A stretch of DNA of 64,000 bases from an uncultured Acidobacteriota bacterium. GTDB taxonomy: Bacteria > Acidobacteriota > UBA6911. The DNA lies in the NCBI GenBank assembly GCA_963809485.1, contig CAWEJX010000008.1, forward strand, positions 609,699-673,698. The letters run 5' to 3'. The translations under genes were made by a program, and so were the position numbers. Within the stretch, counting starts at the first letter, position 1. The number at the start of each line of letters is the position of its first letter. This document shows positions 52,251 through 60,844 of this stretch, piece after piece. A model generated the notes under the pieces. That model ran no database searches and was not told where the DNA came from. It worked only from the letters and a program-made list of their open reading frames with translations.

Positions 52251-53132
52251 ATGGCTTTTTGTAAGAGTTGTGGCGCCCCTGTCGAGGGCACTTTTTGCAC
52301 GAAGTGCGGAACTCAGGTTAGCTCTCCCGGAATATCGAGCGCTCAAGCTGAGCAATCCGCAACGCCCATTTCTCCTCCCCCTCAGCCTTCCCCTGTTGCT
52401 CCGGCGTCCAAAAAGCGAAGCCCACTTTTTTGGATTCTCGCAGGTGGTCTCGGGCTTATGGTGGTTGCGGGTATCATTGCTTTCTCCACCGGTGTCTTTG
52501 TTGCCCGTAAGGCAGGATTGGATCCCGCGCTTATGAAGCAGAATCCCGGGCTTGCCGTTGCGAAAATGATGGCGACTATGAATCCGGATGTGGAAGTCCT
52601 CTCGGTTGACGAAGACCGTGGCATCATCCAAGTGCGAGAAAAGAAGACCGGCAAGATAATGACGATGAATCTTAAAGATGCCCAAAAGGGCAAAATCGTC
52701 TTTACGGATGACCAGAACAAGAACGTGGAAATTCAATCTCAAGGGGAAGGAGAAAAAGCCTCCGTGGAGATCCGTTCATCGGAGGGGACCATGCGGATGG
52801 GCGCGAGCGCCGCAGGACAGCTGCCGGACTGGCTGCCCACCTATCCCGGCGCTGAAAGTGCAGGAACGTTTGGCTTCAGCGCTGAGAATGGCAAGTCCGG
52901 ATCCTGCGCCTTCAAGACCGGAGATTCTGTGGAGAATGTGGCTTCGTTCTATGAAGGCGCTCTGAAAAATGCGGGATTCGTAGTCCAAAAAACCACGACT
53001 CAAATTCCCGGAAAAGGATCCTTCATCATGCTCATGGCTGAGGATGGCAATACTCAGCGCAATGCTCATGTGACAGTCGCGAGCTCAGAGGAAGGCACGA
53101 CCATCAACCTGGTGTTCGAAATAAAAAAATAA
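52251..53132 (+). CDS. Zinc-ribbon membrane-anchored hypothetical protein
   Basis: 'FCKSCG...FCTKCG', Pro-rich linker, one TM, 'LPDWLPTYPGA'. Confidence 0.8.
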   Translation: MAFCKSCGAPVEGTFCTKCGTQVSSPGISSAQAEQSATPISPPPQPSPVAPASKKRSPLFWILAGGLGLMVVAGIIAFSTGVFVARKAGLDPALMKQNPGLAVAKMMATMNPDVEVLSVDEDRGIIQVREKKTGKIMTMNLKDAQKGKIVFTDDQNKNVEIQSQGEGEKASVEIRSSEGTMRMGASAAGQLPDWLPTYPGAESAGTFGFSAENGKSGSCAFKTGDSVENVASFYEGALKNAGFVVQKTTTQIPGKGSFIMLMAEDGNTQRNAHVTVASSEEGTTINLVFEIKK

Positions 53133-53413
53133 CATGGGATGAGACGTGAGGAAATCCGCAGCAGGAATGTTTCCAAATCCCGTCCTATGAAAGCGGATGT
53201 CAAGCCTAAAAGGCTTATCGCAAAATTGCAGATTGGGACCAATCATTTCCGGGAATTGGGCATTTTTTTGCAGCGTCCGTCAGCGCTTTTGTCAGCGTAA
53301 GTCAGCTTTTAATATTCAACGTGCCAATCTTCAGCCGTTGACGGCAAGCAGCTTTTCTTGTTCGCCGCCCTCCCCTGGCAGCAAGCCCAAGTTTTCATCA
53401 GCGTGCGGCCGGA

Positions 53414-53626
53414 TTACAAAAACTTCCGGAAAACCTGGATTGACAGACCTGCATCCTTGACGATCCCGGCCATCGTAAAAGCATTGACCGGGTTTTCCCG
53501 GGGAATAGTAAGAAATCGGCTGCCGTTTGACATTACGATGTGTTTGCCCTCTCGGACGATACGGAAGCCGGCTTTCTCCAATGCGCGCACCGCGCGCAGG
53601 TGGGAAATACCGGGGATACGGTTCAT
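53414..53626 (-). CDS. hicA: HicA-family toxin
   Basis: 'VRALEKAGF...REGKHIVM', 'LTIPR', 'GIVKDAGL'. Confidence 0.88.
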   Translation of the reverse strand: MNRIPGISHLRAVRALEKAGFRIVREGKHIVMSNGSRFLTIPRENPVNAFTMAGIVKDAGLSIQVFRKFL

Positions 53627-53629
53627 GGG

Positions 53630-53827
53630 CTATGCGGTTATCTCGACCTCGCGCACATCTGCGCCCTTAAGGGTATCGTTCACGGCGGCGAGGTATTCAA
53701 TAATGGCGGAGCGGATATTATCGATTGCTTCCGCTTCCGTTTCCCCCTGCGACCAGCAGCCGGGCAGGCCGGGACAGGAAGCGCTATATCCTTCAGCCGT
53801 TTGATTCAGTACTACCTTATATTTCAT
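53630..53827 (-). CDS. hicB: HicB-family antitoxin
   Basis: 'GYSASCPGLPGCWSQGETEAEAIDNIRSAI'. Confidence 0.9.
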   Translation of the reverse strand: MKYKVVLNQTAEGYSASCPGLPGCWSQGETEAEAIDNIRSAIIEYLAAVNDTLKGADVREVEITA

Positions 53828-54165
53828 GTTCCTAATTTGTCCCGATTGATGAAATTGTAGCATAAGGTTCTCCTCTTTGGTTAGTCTTTGAACCGCAATC
53901 GCTCCTCAAAAACAATGTTTCCCGAATCCCGCTTTTATTTCAAAAAATCGTAAGATTAATGCGTCGCGTCAGCGACGGCTGAATACAGGCGGCGCTGACG
54001 CGACGCAGCTACCCTCCGGCCCCTAAACGGATTCCTGCCGCAACTTTTGTCACAACAAAATCCTGCAACCGATTTTCTGAAATAAAAACAGAAGTTGTGA
54101 AACATTACACATGGGACTTATGCAAGTTGTCTTGACCACAGCCGGTTCTTTGATAAGCTGATACT

Positions 54166-54417
54166 ATGAAAGTCAGAAGCCGCAGCAACCCAGGAAGCAT
54201 AGTGGTTCCCAGCAGAATCGGTCAGCGGCGACAGCATGACGTCGCAATCGTCAAGACCGGCAAACTGGCAGATCTTGATGATGTTTTGACTCCCGGTGAA
54301 GCAGAACAGGTGCGTGAAGGCGAAGCCCAGCTTCGGCAGGGGCTGTATGTCACCCTCGAACGGCTCGAACAAAACCTGGAACGTAAGGCTCGCAAAGCAA
54401 GCCGTAAAGCAGTTTAA
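54166..54417 (+). CDS. Small putative antitoxin
   Basis: 'LTPGEAEQVREGEAQLRQGLYVTLERL' antitoxin-like C-terminus overlapping a RelE-like start. Confidence 0.55.
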   Translation: MKVRSRSNPGSIVVPSRIGQRRQHDVAIVKTGKLADLDDVLTPGEAEQVREGEAQLRQGLYVTLERLEQNLERKARKASRKAV

Positions 54418-54490
54418 GAGGCTCTCTCCCGACCGCCAAGAACTCATCCTCACCCATCTGCACAAGATGCGCTCAGATCCCTTTCAATTG
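54347..54490 (+). pseudogene. RelE/ParE toxin N-terminal fragment
   Basis: 'WNVRLAKQAVKQFKRLSPDRQELILTHLHKMRSDPF' then runs into an element right arm. Confidence 0.6.
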
Positions 54491-54709
54491 GGCATTCTTT
54501 GTCAGCGTTCGTCCGCGCTTTGTCAGCGTTCGTCCGCGTTACATCCTTACAATTGATGTTTGGGCTTTTCTCGCACACCAGGAAGCCTGCTCTGCATTTC
54601 ATGGCCGGGCTGTAAAGATCCCCGGGCATACGGGAATCGCTTTTCGCCATGGAAGGGCTCAAGTAAACTGGAGCGGAGCCCGAAGAGAACTATTGTTATG
54701 GGAGTGTAT

Positions 54710-54768
54710 ATGCAGATTCTTCACGTGGTTGGGGCGCGGCCGAATTTCATGAAAGTGGCGCCGGTCTG
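54710..54768 (+). pseudogene. UDP-GlcNAc 2-epimerase N-terminal remnant
   Basis: GGAG RBS + 'MQILHVVGARPNFMKVAPV', then similarity stops. Confidence 0.7.
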
Positions 54769-54852
54769 TGCGTGGCCGCAAGGCCGCCCGTTGGTGAATA
54801 TAAAGAATTTCGCGGGCGGCCTTCCGGCCGCTCCAGCCGGCCACCTCAATCG

Positions 54853-54888
54853 CCGTTCAACGTTCCAACATTCCAACGTTCAACGTTT
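54853..54888. repeat. AACGTT-based short tandem repeat tract
   Basis: CGTTCAACGTTCCAACATTCCAACGTTCAACGTT. Confidence 0.75.
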
Positions 54889-54928
54889 TTCTTGATCATA
54901 CTCCATATTCGGCGTACATTTATGGAGT

Positions 54929-56085
54929 ATGATCCAGCGATTAGTTCATCCGTTGAAGACCAGCAGCTTTTTCCTGTTCGGCGCACGGGGCACGGGAAAG
55001 TCCACATTTCTCAAAGCCTTTTTCCCGTCGGACAAATCGGTCCTGTGGGTGGATCTTCTGAATCCGGAGGAAGAGGATCGTTTTTCCAGAAACCCGCGGG
55101 AGCTCGAGGAACGATTGGACGCGATGGAGAAGATCCGATGGGTGGTTCTGGATGAAATCCAGAAGGTCCCGAAGCTGCTGGACGTAGTTCACGGAAGGAT
55201 CGAGCAGCACGGGACAAAGTTTGCCATGACCGGCTCCAGCGCCAGAAAACTGAAACGTGAGGGCACGAACCTGTTGGCGGGCCGGGCGTTCGTTTACAAC
55301 CTGTTCCCCTTTACGCACCGTGAGCTTGGATCGGCGTTCGATCTCAACTCGGCGCTGATGTACGGGACGCTGCCGGGATTGCTGAAATTTGAAAGCCGCG
55401 AAGAAAAGTCGGCTTTTCTGCGGGCCTATGCACTGACCTATCTCAAGGAGGAGGTCTGGAGCGAGCACCTGGTGCGCAAACTGGATCCCTTCCGGAAGTT
55501 CATGGAGATTGCGGCCCAATGCAGCGGCGAAATCGTCAATTTTGCGAACATAGCGAGGGATGTGGGCGCGGATATCAAGACGGTGCAGTCTTATTTTGAA
55601 ATCCTGGAAGACACGCTGCTCGGATTTCTTCTGGAACCTTTTCATATGTCCGTTCGCAAACGGCAGCGCCAGGCGCCGAAGTTTTACCTGTTTGATCCGG
55701 GAGTGCGGCGGGCGCTGGACCGGACTCTGACCGTTGATTTGAGGCCCGGGACCTATGCATACGGCCGGGCGTTTGAACACCTGGTGATCGTGGAAGCTCT
55801 GCGTTTGAGTGCTTACAGCGGGAACGATTTTCGTTTTTCCTATTTGCGCACGAAGGATGACGCGGAGATCGATCTGATTGTCGAACGCCCGGGTGCGCCG
55901 GCAGCGCTGGTGGAAATCAAGTCGTCGGACCGCGTGGACGAACGGGACGTGAAATCTCTGGAAAGATTTGCTGCGGACATGCCGAAGGCGGAATCTTTCT
56001 TCTTTCGCGCGATCCAGTGCCGAAAAGGATCGGTCGGGTGCTCGCTCCTCCCTGGCAGCAGGGCCTGACCGAAATCGGCATTTAA
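54929..56085 (+). CDS. AAA_14 + DUF4143 ATP-binding protein (likely frameshift near 56000)
   Basis: 'GARGTGKST', 'LDEIQK', 'TGSSA', 'LAGRA', 'PKFYLFDPG', 'EIDLIVE', 'VEIK'. Confidence 0.9.
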
Positions 56086-56093
56086 ACCGTTAA

Positions 56094-56192
56094 AACGCTG
56101 ACCCACGCCGACCGGACGCCGACGAACGCTGAACAAATTTATATTTTTTTGTCAGCGTTCGTCGGCGTTTTGTCGGCGTAAGTCAGCGTTAA
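56094..56192. repeat. Complete ACGCYGAC element
   Basis: 4+4 motifs after the AAA gene; another partial copy at 56341-56419. Confidence 0.92.
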
Positions 56193-56530
56193 ATATTCAA
56201 CGTGGCAACCTGCATCCGTTGCGCGTGATGAAGAGAGTGTCTTGCGTGCAGCACGATGCTCTCGTCACCGATTCACGTCGATTGCCGGATGGACCTACAG
56301 GATGTCTCCCCGCCAGAGCGCGGGTCATTCACAGTCACAATTAACGCTGACATACGCTGACCCAACGCTGACCCACGCTGAAAAAATCTGTCTATTTTTT
56401 TCGGCGTGCGTCGGCGTTATTTTTTTAACATTTCATTAACACTCACCCTAATGGGAGCTCTCTTGATAGGCCAATGTGTAAAGGACTTTTAGACATAATG
56501 GGGGTAGAATAGAAACAGCCGGAGGCGAAA

Positions 56531-56731
56531 ATGGTCAGGAAGTTTAGCGTAATCATCGAGCGTGACGCTGAGGGATACTATGTTGGCACAATACCTGAAT
56601 TAAGAGGTTGTCATTCGCAGGCCCGTTCCTTGGACGACCTTATGATCAGGATTCGTGAAGCGGCCGAACTGTGCCTGGAAACCCAGATGGACGGGTCACG
56701 GTCATTGCTGTTCATTCAGGCGAAATTATAG
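56531..56731 (+). CDS. Orphan HicB-family antitoxin
   Basis: 'FSVIIERDAEGYYVGTIPELRGCHSQARSLDDL'; GGAGG RBS; no hicA follows. Confidence 0.85.
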   Translation: MVRKFSVIIERDAEGYYVGTIPELRGCHSQARSLDDLMIRIREAAELCLETQMDGSRSLLFIQAKL

Positions 56732-56879
56732 GTCCTGGTCTTATGGCCAAAATTCTTCTCGATTGCGACCTAAGCCGCCAGGAATTCCAGAAACTCCTCT
56801 AATCCAGCTAACTCGGACATACGCTGACCCGACGCCGACCCGGATCGTGTCCCCTTCGCCGGGCGTATTGGCAATCGCT

Positions 56880-57210
56880 GCGCCGCTGCCGCCAAGATAG
56901 GTGGAGTATAAAAGGGCGCTGCCTGACGCATTCAGCTTCGCCACAAAAGCCTCACCGCCGCCCCCTGAAGCCGGCTGGAGGGAATCCACCTTGAGACCGG
57001 TTTTGCCCTCAACCGCGAACCTGATAGCCCCAGGGTCGGCGCCGGGACTCACGATCCAGTCATACTCCAGTTGCCGCCGGTTGCCGTAGTAGACCAGGTC
57101 AATTCCGGGATAAACATCCTCGATCTTTACCTTCGCGTAAGAGGAGACATTCGTGCGCCACTTCGCCGGATCATTTCCGATGAAGTAGCTGCTTTTGCCC
57201 GGATGTTCAT
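56880..57210 (-). pseudogene. Fragment of SBBP beta-propeller surface protein
   Basis: '[14 protein letters not shown]', '[11 protein letters not shown]', 'LEYDWIV' joined to '[23 protein letters not shown]'; no proper start. Confidence 0.75.
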
Positions 57211-57222
57211 CAGCGCCAATAA

Positions 57223-57319
57223 AACGCTGACCTACGCTGACCGGACGCTGACCTACGCTGAAAAAATCCATAGTTTTTTCAGCGTGGGTCGGCGCTTTGT
57301 CGGCGTACGTCCGCGTTAA
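57223..57319. repeat. Complete ACGCYGAC element
   Basis: 4+4 motifs upstream of the EPS locus. Confidence 0.9.
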
Positions 57320-57459
57320 TTTTTTACAATTGTTGACATTTAGTTGCTTGACATTTGTCTGACAATACGCGAGATAGTAGTGGCTCTACTTCTCTGCGAT
57401 AGCCCTCAAATGGATGTTTTCATTTCAAGGTTATGCGAGGCGGTCTGATGGGCTATATC

Positions 57460-57482
57460 TGTGACTGAATTGGCGGTAGCAT
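57460..57482 (+). promoter_or_regulatory. ops-like element copy 1
   Basis: TGTGACTGAATTGGCGGTAGCAT, 25 nt upstream of the NusG paralog start. Confidence 0.7.
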
Positions 57483-57507
57483 ATCTACACGCACATGAAG
57501 GAAATAT

Positions 57508-58023
57508 ATGGCAATTCTCCCCTGGTATGCACTTCGAGTCCGCCCGCGTTTCGAAAAAATGGTAGCCTCGACGCTTCTCTCGAAAGGCTACGAAGGCTTC
57601 CTGCCTCTCTACCGCCACAGGAGCAAATGGTCGGACCGCGTCAAGGAAGTGGATCTGCCGCTTTTTTCCGGGTATCTCTTCTGCCGTATCGACCTGAACA
57701 ACCGTCTTCCCTTGCTGATCACTCCCGGTGTCATACAAATCGTAGGCATCGGCAAAACCCCGCACCCCGTGGACGAAGCGGAGGTCGCGGCGCTTCAGTC
57801 GATCGTGTTATCGGGCCTGCAGGCCAATCCCCGGTCGTATCTGAACGTCGGCGAGCGGGTGCGCATCGAGGTGGGTCCGCTGGCGGGTCTGGAAGGGATA
57901 CTGGTGGCGATGAAGGGATCCAGCCGCCTGGTGGTTTCGGTGAGCCTGCTGCAGCGATCAGTCGCGGTGGAAATCGACGAATCCTGGGTAGTCCCGGTCA
58001 AGCCGAAGTATCCCATCTCCTGA
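57508..58023 (+). CDS. UpxY/RfaH-like NusG-paralog antiterminator
   Basis: 'WYALRVRPRFEK', 'PLFSGYLF', KOW 'GERVRIEVGPLAGLEG'. Confidence 0.92.
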   Translation: MAILPWYALRVRPRFEKMVASTLLSKGYEGFLPLYRHRSKWSDRVKEVDLPLFSGYLFCRIDLNNRLPLLITPGVIQIVGIGKTPHPVDEAEVAALQSIVLSGLQANPRSYLNVGERVRIEVGPLAGLEGILVAMKGSSRLVVSVSLLQRSVAVEIDESWVVPVKPKYPIS

Positions 58024-58096
58024 AGCAAATTTTCCCTGAAATAATTTGTATGGTCTTTGTCATACCTGCCGATACATACACGGGCATTGAAGACAG

Positions 58097-58120
58097 TGTG
58101 ACTGAATTGGCGGTAGCATG
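58097..58120 (+). promoter_or_regulatory. ops-like element copy 2
   Basis: Same 23-mer; GGCGGTAGCATG matches ops consensus GGCGGTAGnnTG. Confidence 0.75.
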
Positions 58121-58296
58121 CCAACGTATGACATCCCCAAAATCCCGTAACTATCTGAACCTAATTCCTTAAACTCTCCACTCCCATCCTCGTGTCATAC
58201 GCTATGTCAATCCAGTAAACCCCTATCGCGACTCTGCGTTTTACAAAAATTCGTAATTCGTAATTCGTCAATCGTAATTTGAGAAGGGTATGAACC

Positions 58297-58620
58297 ATGC
58301 CAGTACTAAAGCGTAGATCAAGAATGGTCAGTTTCCGTCTCTCGGAGCAGGAATACGAGGCCATGATGGCGGGCTGCATCAACGAAGGAGCGCGCAGCCT
58401 GTCGGACTTCGCGCGTTCGGCCGCGTGCGAGCGCGCCATGGGCGCCCGGGACCCGGCGATACAGACCCTGAAGGACCGCGTCGAGGAAATGGAGCGCAAG
58501 TTCCGCGACCTGGTCCTGCAGGTCGCCGAATCCGACCGCGGCAACGGCAAGACATCATCCGGCGAGCGTTCAGGCCCGGTAGCGGCATCGCTGGCCGCCA
58601 TGTACAGGAAGGAGGGGTAA
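58297..58620 (+). CDS. Ribbon-helix-helix (MobC/CopG-like) small protein
   Basis: 'RSRMVSFRLSEQEY...GARSLSDFARSA'. Confidence 0.7.
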   Translation: MPVLKRRSRMVSFRLSEQEYEAMMAGCINEGARSLSDFARSAACERAMGARDPAIQTLKDRVEEMERKFRDLVLQVAESDRGNGKTSSGERSGPVAASLAAMYRKEG

Positions 58621-59597
58621 TGCGTCCCATCCTTCATACAGTCTTCTGGCTGCTGCTCAGCGCCGGAATGGCGGTGGCGCAGCAGCCGGCGCCGGAGGTT
58701 GCGCCTCTGCCCCTGACGATGGACTTCGCAATCGGCGTCGCCGACCTGCTGGAGGTCAACGTCCTGGGCGTAGCGGACTTCACGCGCGAGCTGCGTGTCA
58801 GCGGCAACGGGACGATACGCATGCCGTTCCTTGGAGACCTGCAGGTCGAGGGTCTGACGTGCCGCCAGCTGGAGGACAGGCTGGCGAACCTCCTGGACCC
58901 GGAGTATGTGAAGGACCCGCAGGTATCGGTAAACATCAAGGAGCCGCGCAGCCGCATGTTTTCGCTGATGGGCGCGGTGATGAAGCCGGGCCAGTACCAG
59001 ATCCTGGAGCAGGTGACGCTGGTCTCGGCGATCGCGGGCGCCGGCGGGCTGGACTTCGCCAGGGCGGGCGACAAAGCCACGATCCAGCGCAGCTACGGGG
59101 TAAAACCCGTCCAGTCTGCAACCGCCCAGGTCACGGCGGACGACACGAAGCCGGCGTCGACCTATCAGATTGAGGTAGATCTCAAGAAGCTCCTCATGGC
59201 CGGCGACATGTCACTGGACGTCCCGATCATGCCCGGAGACGTGATTGCCATCCCTCAGCGCGACAAAAAGGCGGTCTATGTAATCGGCGACGTCACCCGG
59301 CCGGGGGCGTTCGACTACCCGCCTGACGGGGGCATAAGTCTCTCGCGCACCGTAGCGCTTGCCGGCGGCCCGACAAAAACCTCGAAACAAAGCAAGTCGA
59401 TACTGGTCCGCCAGTCCCCCGACGGTTCCGTCGAGCGCATTGCCGTGAACCTGGGAAAGATCCTGAAAGGCGAGGACCCCGACATGCAGCTGCGTCCCGA
59501 AGACATGCTTTATGTCCCCGGCAGCGTAGGAAAAAGCATGGCCTGGAGCTTCATCAATTACACCCCCACCATGCTAGGCTGGGCCCTGATCTATTAA
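58620..59597 (+). CDS. wza: Polysaccharide export protein (Wza/Poly_export + SLBB)
   Basis: 'IGVADLLEVNV', 'GTIRMPFLGDL', 'DPQVSV', 'GAVMKPGQY', repeated SLBB domains. Confidence 0.88.
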   Translation: MRPILHTVFWLLLSAGMAVAQQPAPEVAPLPLTMDFAIGVADLLEVNVLGVADFTRELRVSGNGTIRMPFLGDLQVEGLTCRQLEDRLANLLDPEYVKDPQVSVNIKEPRSRMFSLMGAVMKPGQYQILEQVTLVSAIAGAGGLDFARAGDKATIQRSYGVKPVQSATAQVTADDTKPASTYQIEVDLKKLLMAGDMSLDVPIMPGDVIAIPQRDKKAVYVIGDVTRPGAFDYPPDGGISLSRTVALAGGPTKTSKQSKSILVRQSPDGSVERIAVNLGKILKGEDPDMQLRPEDMLYVPGSVGKSMAWSFINYTPTMLGWALIY

Positions 59598-59763
59598 ATC
59601 CAATCTTTCAGCGTACGTCAGCGTCATTCAGCGTTCGTCAGCGTTCAAAGTCATTTCGTGCTTAATGCCATGCATCGGCTTCGGAGAATGCTATTGACGG
59701 CGTTTGGTATCCCTTGCGCCCAGCGAGGCAGCAAGTCCGGTAGACCGGGATGGTCAGCGCATA

Positions 59764-60168
59764 TTACGGGCTGATAGATCTTGCCCACAACACGCTCCGG
59801 CCACGGCATGCACGTCCATGGATGCCGAAGCTCGACGATCTTGTCGCTGAGATTCCGGAGTTGTCTAGACTTCGCAGCCGTGGTGAATCAGCCTGCCCGT
59901 GGATTTTCCACTCCGGGGTGTATTTGCGCGCTGAGATAATCTGACGATGCCTTCGCGCTTCGTCTTCGTGGTAAGTATGGGCTACAAGCAGAATAACGAG
60001 CCGGATCCAGGCCAAGGGTACGCCAAACGGGATCTGCATCTTCGGTTCCGCGTCAGGCCAGCTTACGGCGTGCGGATCGTTGAACACCAGTTTGTGGCAA
60101 TGCATCGTGGCTGACATTACGCTCGGCAACACTGCGTCGGATTTATCTTCAGCCGGCAAAATACGCAT
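59764..60168 (-). CDS. Hypothetical ORF / remnant, antisense within EPS locus
   Basis: 134-aa ORF in a lower-GC insert; no recognised motif. Confidence 0.3.
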   Translation of the reverse strand: MRILPAEDKSDAVLPSVMSATMHCHKLVFNDPHAVSWPDAEPKMQIPFGVPLAWIRLVILLVAHTYHEDEARRHRQIISARKYTPEWKIHGQADSPRLRSLDNSGISATRSSSFGIHGRACRGRSVLWARSISP

Positions 60169-60409
60169 TCGAAGCTACATTCAGAGGCATTTACAGCCGA
60201 TCCACGTCAATGGCTATGTTGTTGCACTTTTCCTCAGACAATATTTCCCAACCCCCGTTTTTATTTCAGATATTTTTCCGCGTTCGTCAGCGTCATTCCG
60301 CGTTCGTCAGCGTTCAACCTTCCAGGTTCGGCGTTCAATATTGCATGATTTCTCCAGCCTGTCTTATTGTCAGCTTGCGGCAGGTTTTTTGAATTAGTAG
60401 AATATTGGA

Positions 60410-60652
60410 ATGAGCAAGATTGAGGCGGTTCATGAAGCGGCAGGGGGCCTGGTGGTGAGTGACCAGAGAATTATGGGAGGCACGCCGGTCTTTAAGGGAA
60501 CTCGGGTTCCCGCTTCCTCACTATTTGAATATCTCTCAGATGGGCTTTCCTTGGATTATTTCCTCGAAACCTTTCCATCGGTCAGTCGAGAACAGGCCAT
60601 AGGAGTGCTGCGTTACGGTCAGCATCGTATCGAGGAAGAGCTGGCAGCATGA
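60410..60652 (+). CDS. DUF433 antitoxin-like protein
   Basis: 'IMGGTPVFKGTRVP', 'FLETFPSVSREQA'. Confidence 0.9.
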   Translation: MSKIEAVHEAAGGLVVSDQRIMGGTPVFKGTRVPASSLFEYLSDGLSLDYFLETFPSVSREQAIGVLRYGQHRIEEELAA

Positions 60653-60690
60653 GGATCCTCCTCGAAAATCCGAATCCTGGCAAGAGTTGA
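60649..60690 (+). pseudogene. DUF5615 PIN-toxin start remnant
   Basis: ATGA-coupled 'MRILLEN' (cf. MRILLDE of DUF433 partners), stops after 13 codons. Confidence 0.5.
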
Positions 60691-60844
60691 AGCCTCTCCA
60701 TCCAGCTATAGTCTTGAAAACGAGTTTCACTCTTTTGTTTCCCAACTCCGCCTTTTATTTCATATTTTTTTCAGCGTAAGTCAGCGTCATTCAGCGTTCG
60801 TCAGCGTTAAACATTCACCTTAACTAATCCCATAAAGTAACGTT

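Noticed and set aside
49200-60810. Classical integron with attC sites
   Set aside because: Element ends resemble RYYYAAC/GTTRRRY only superficially, copies also sit between core genes in all orientations, and no intI is present.
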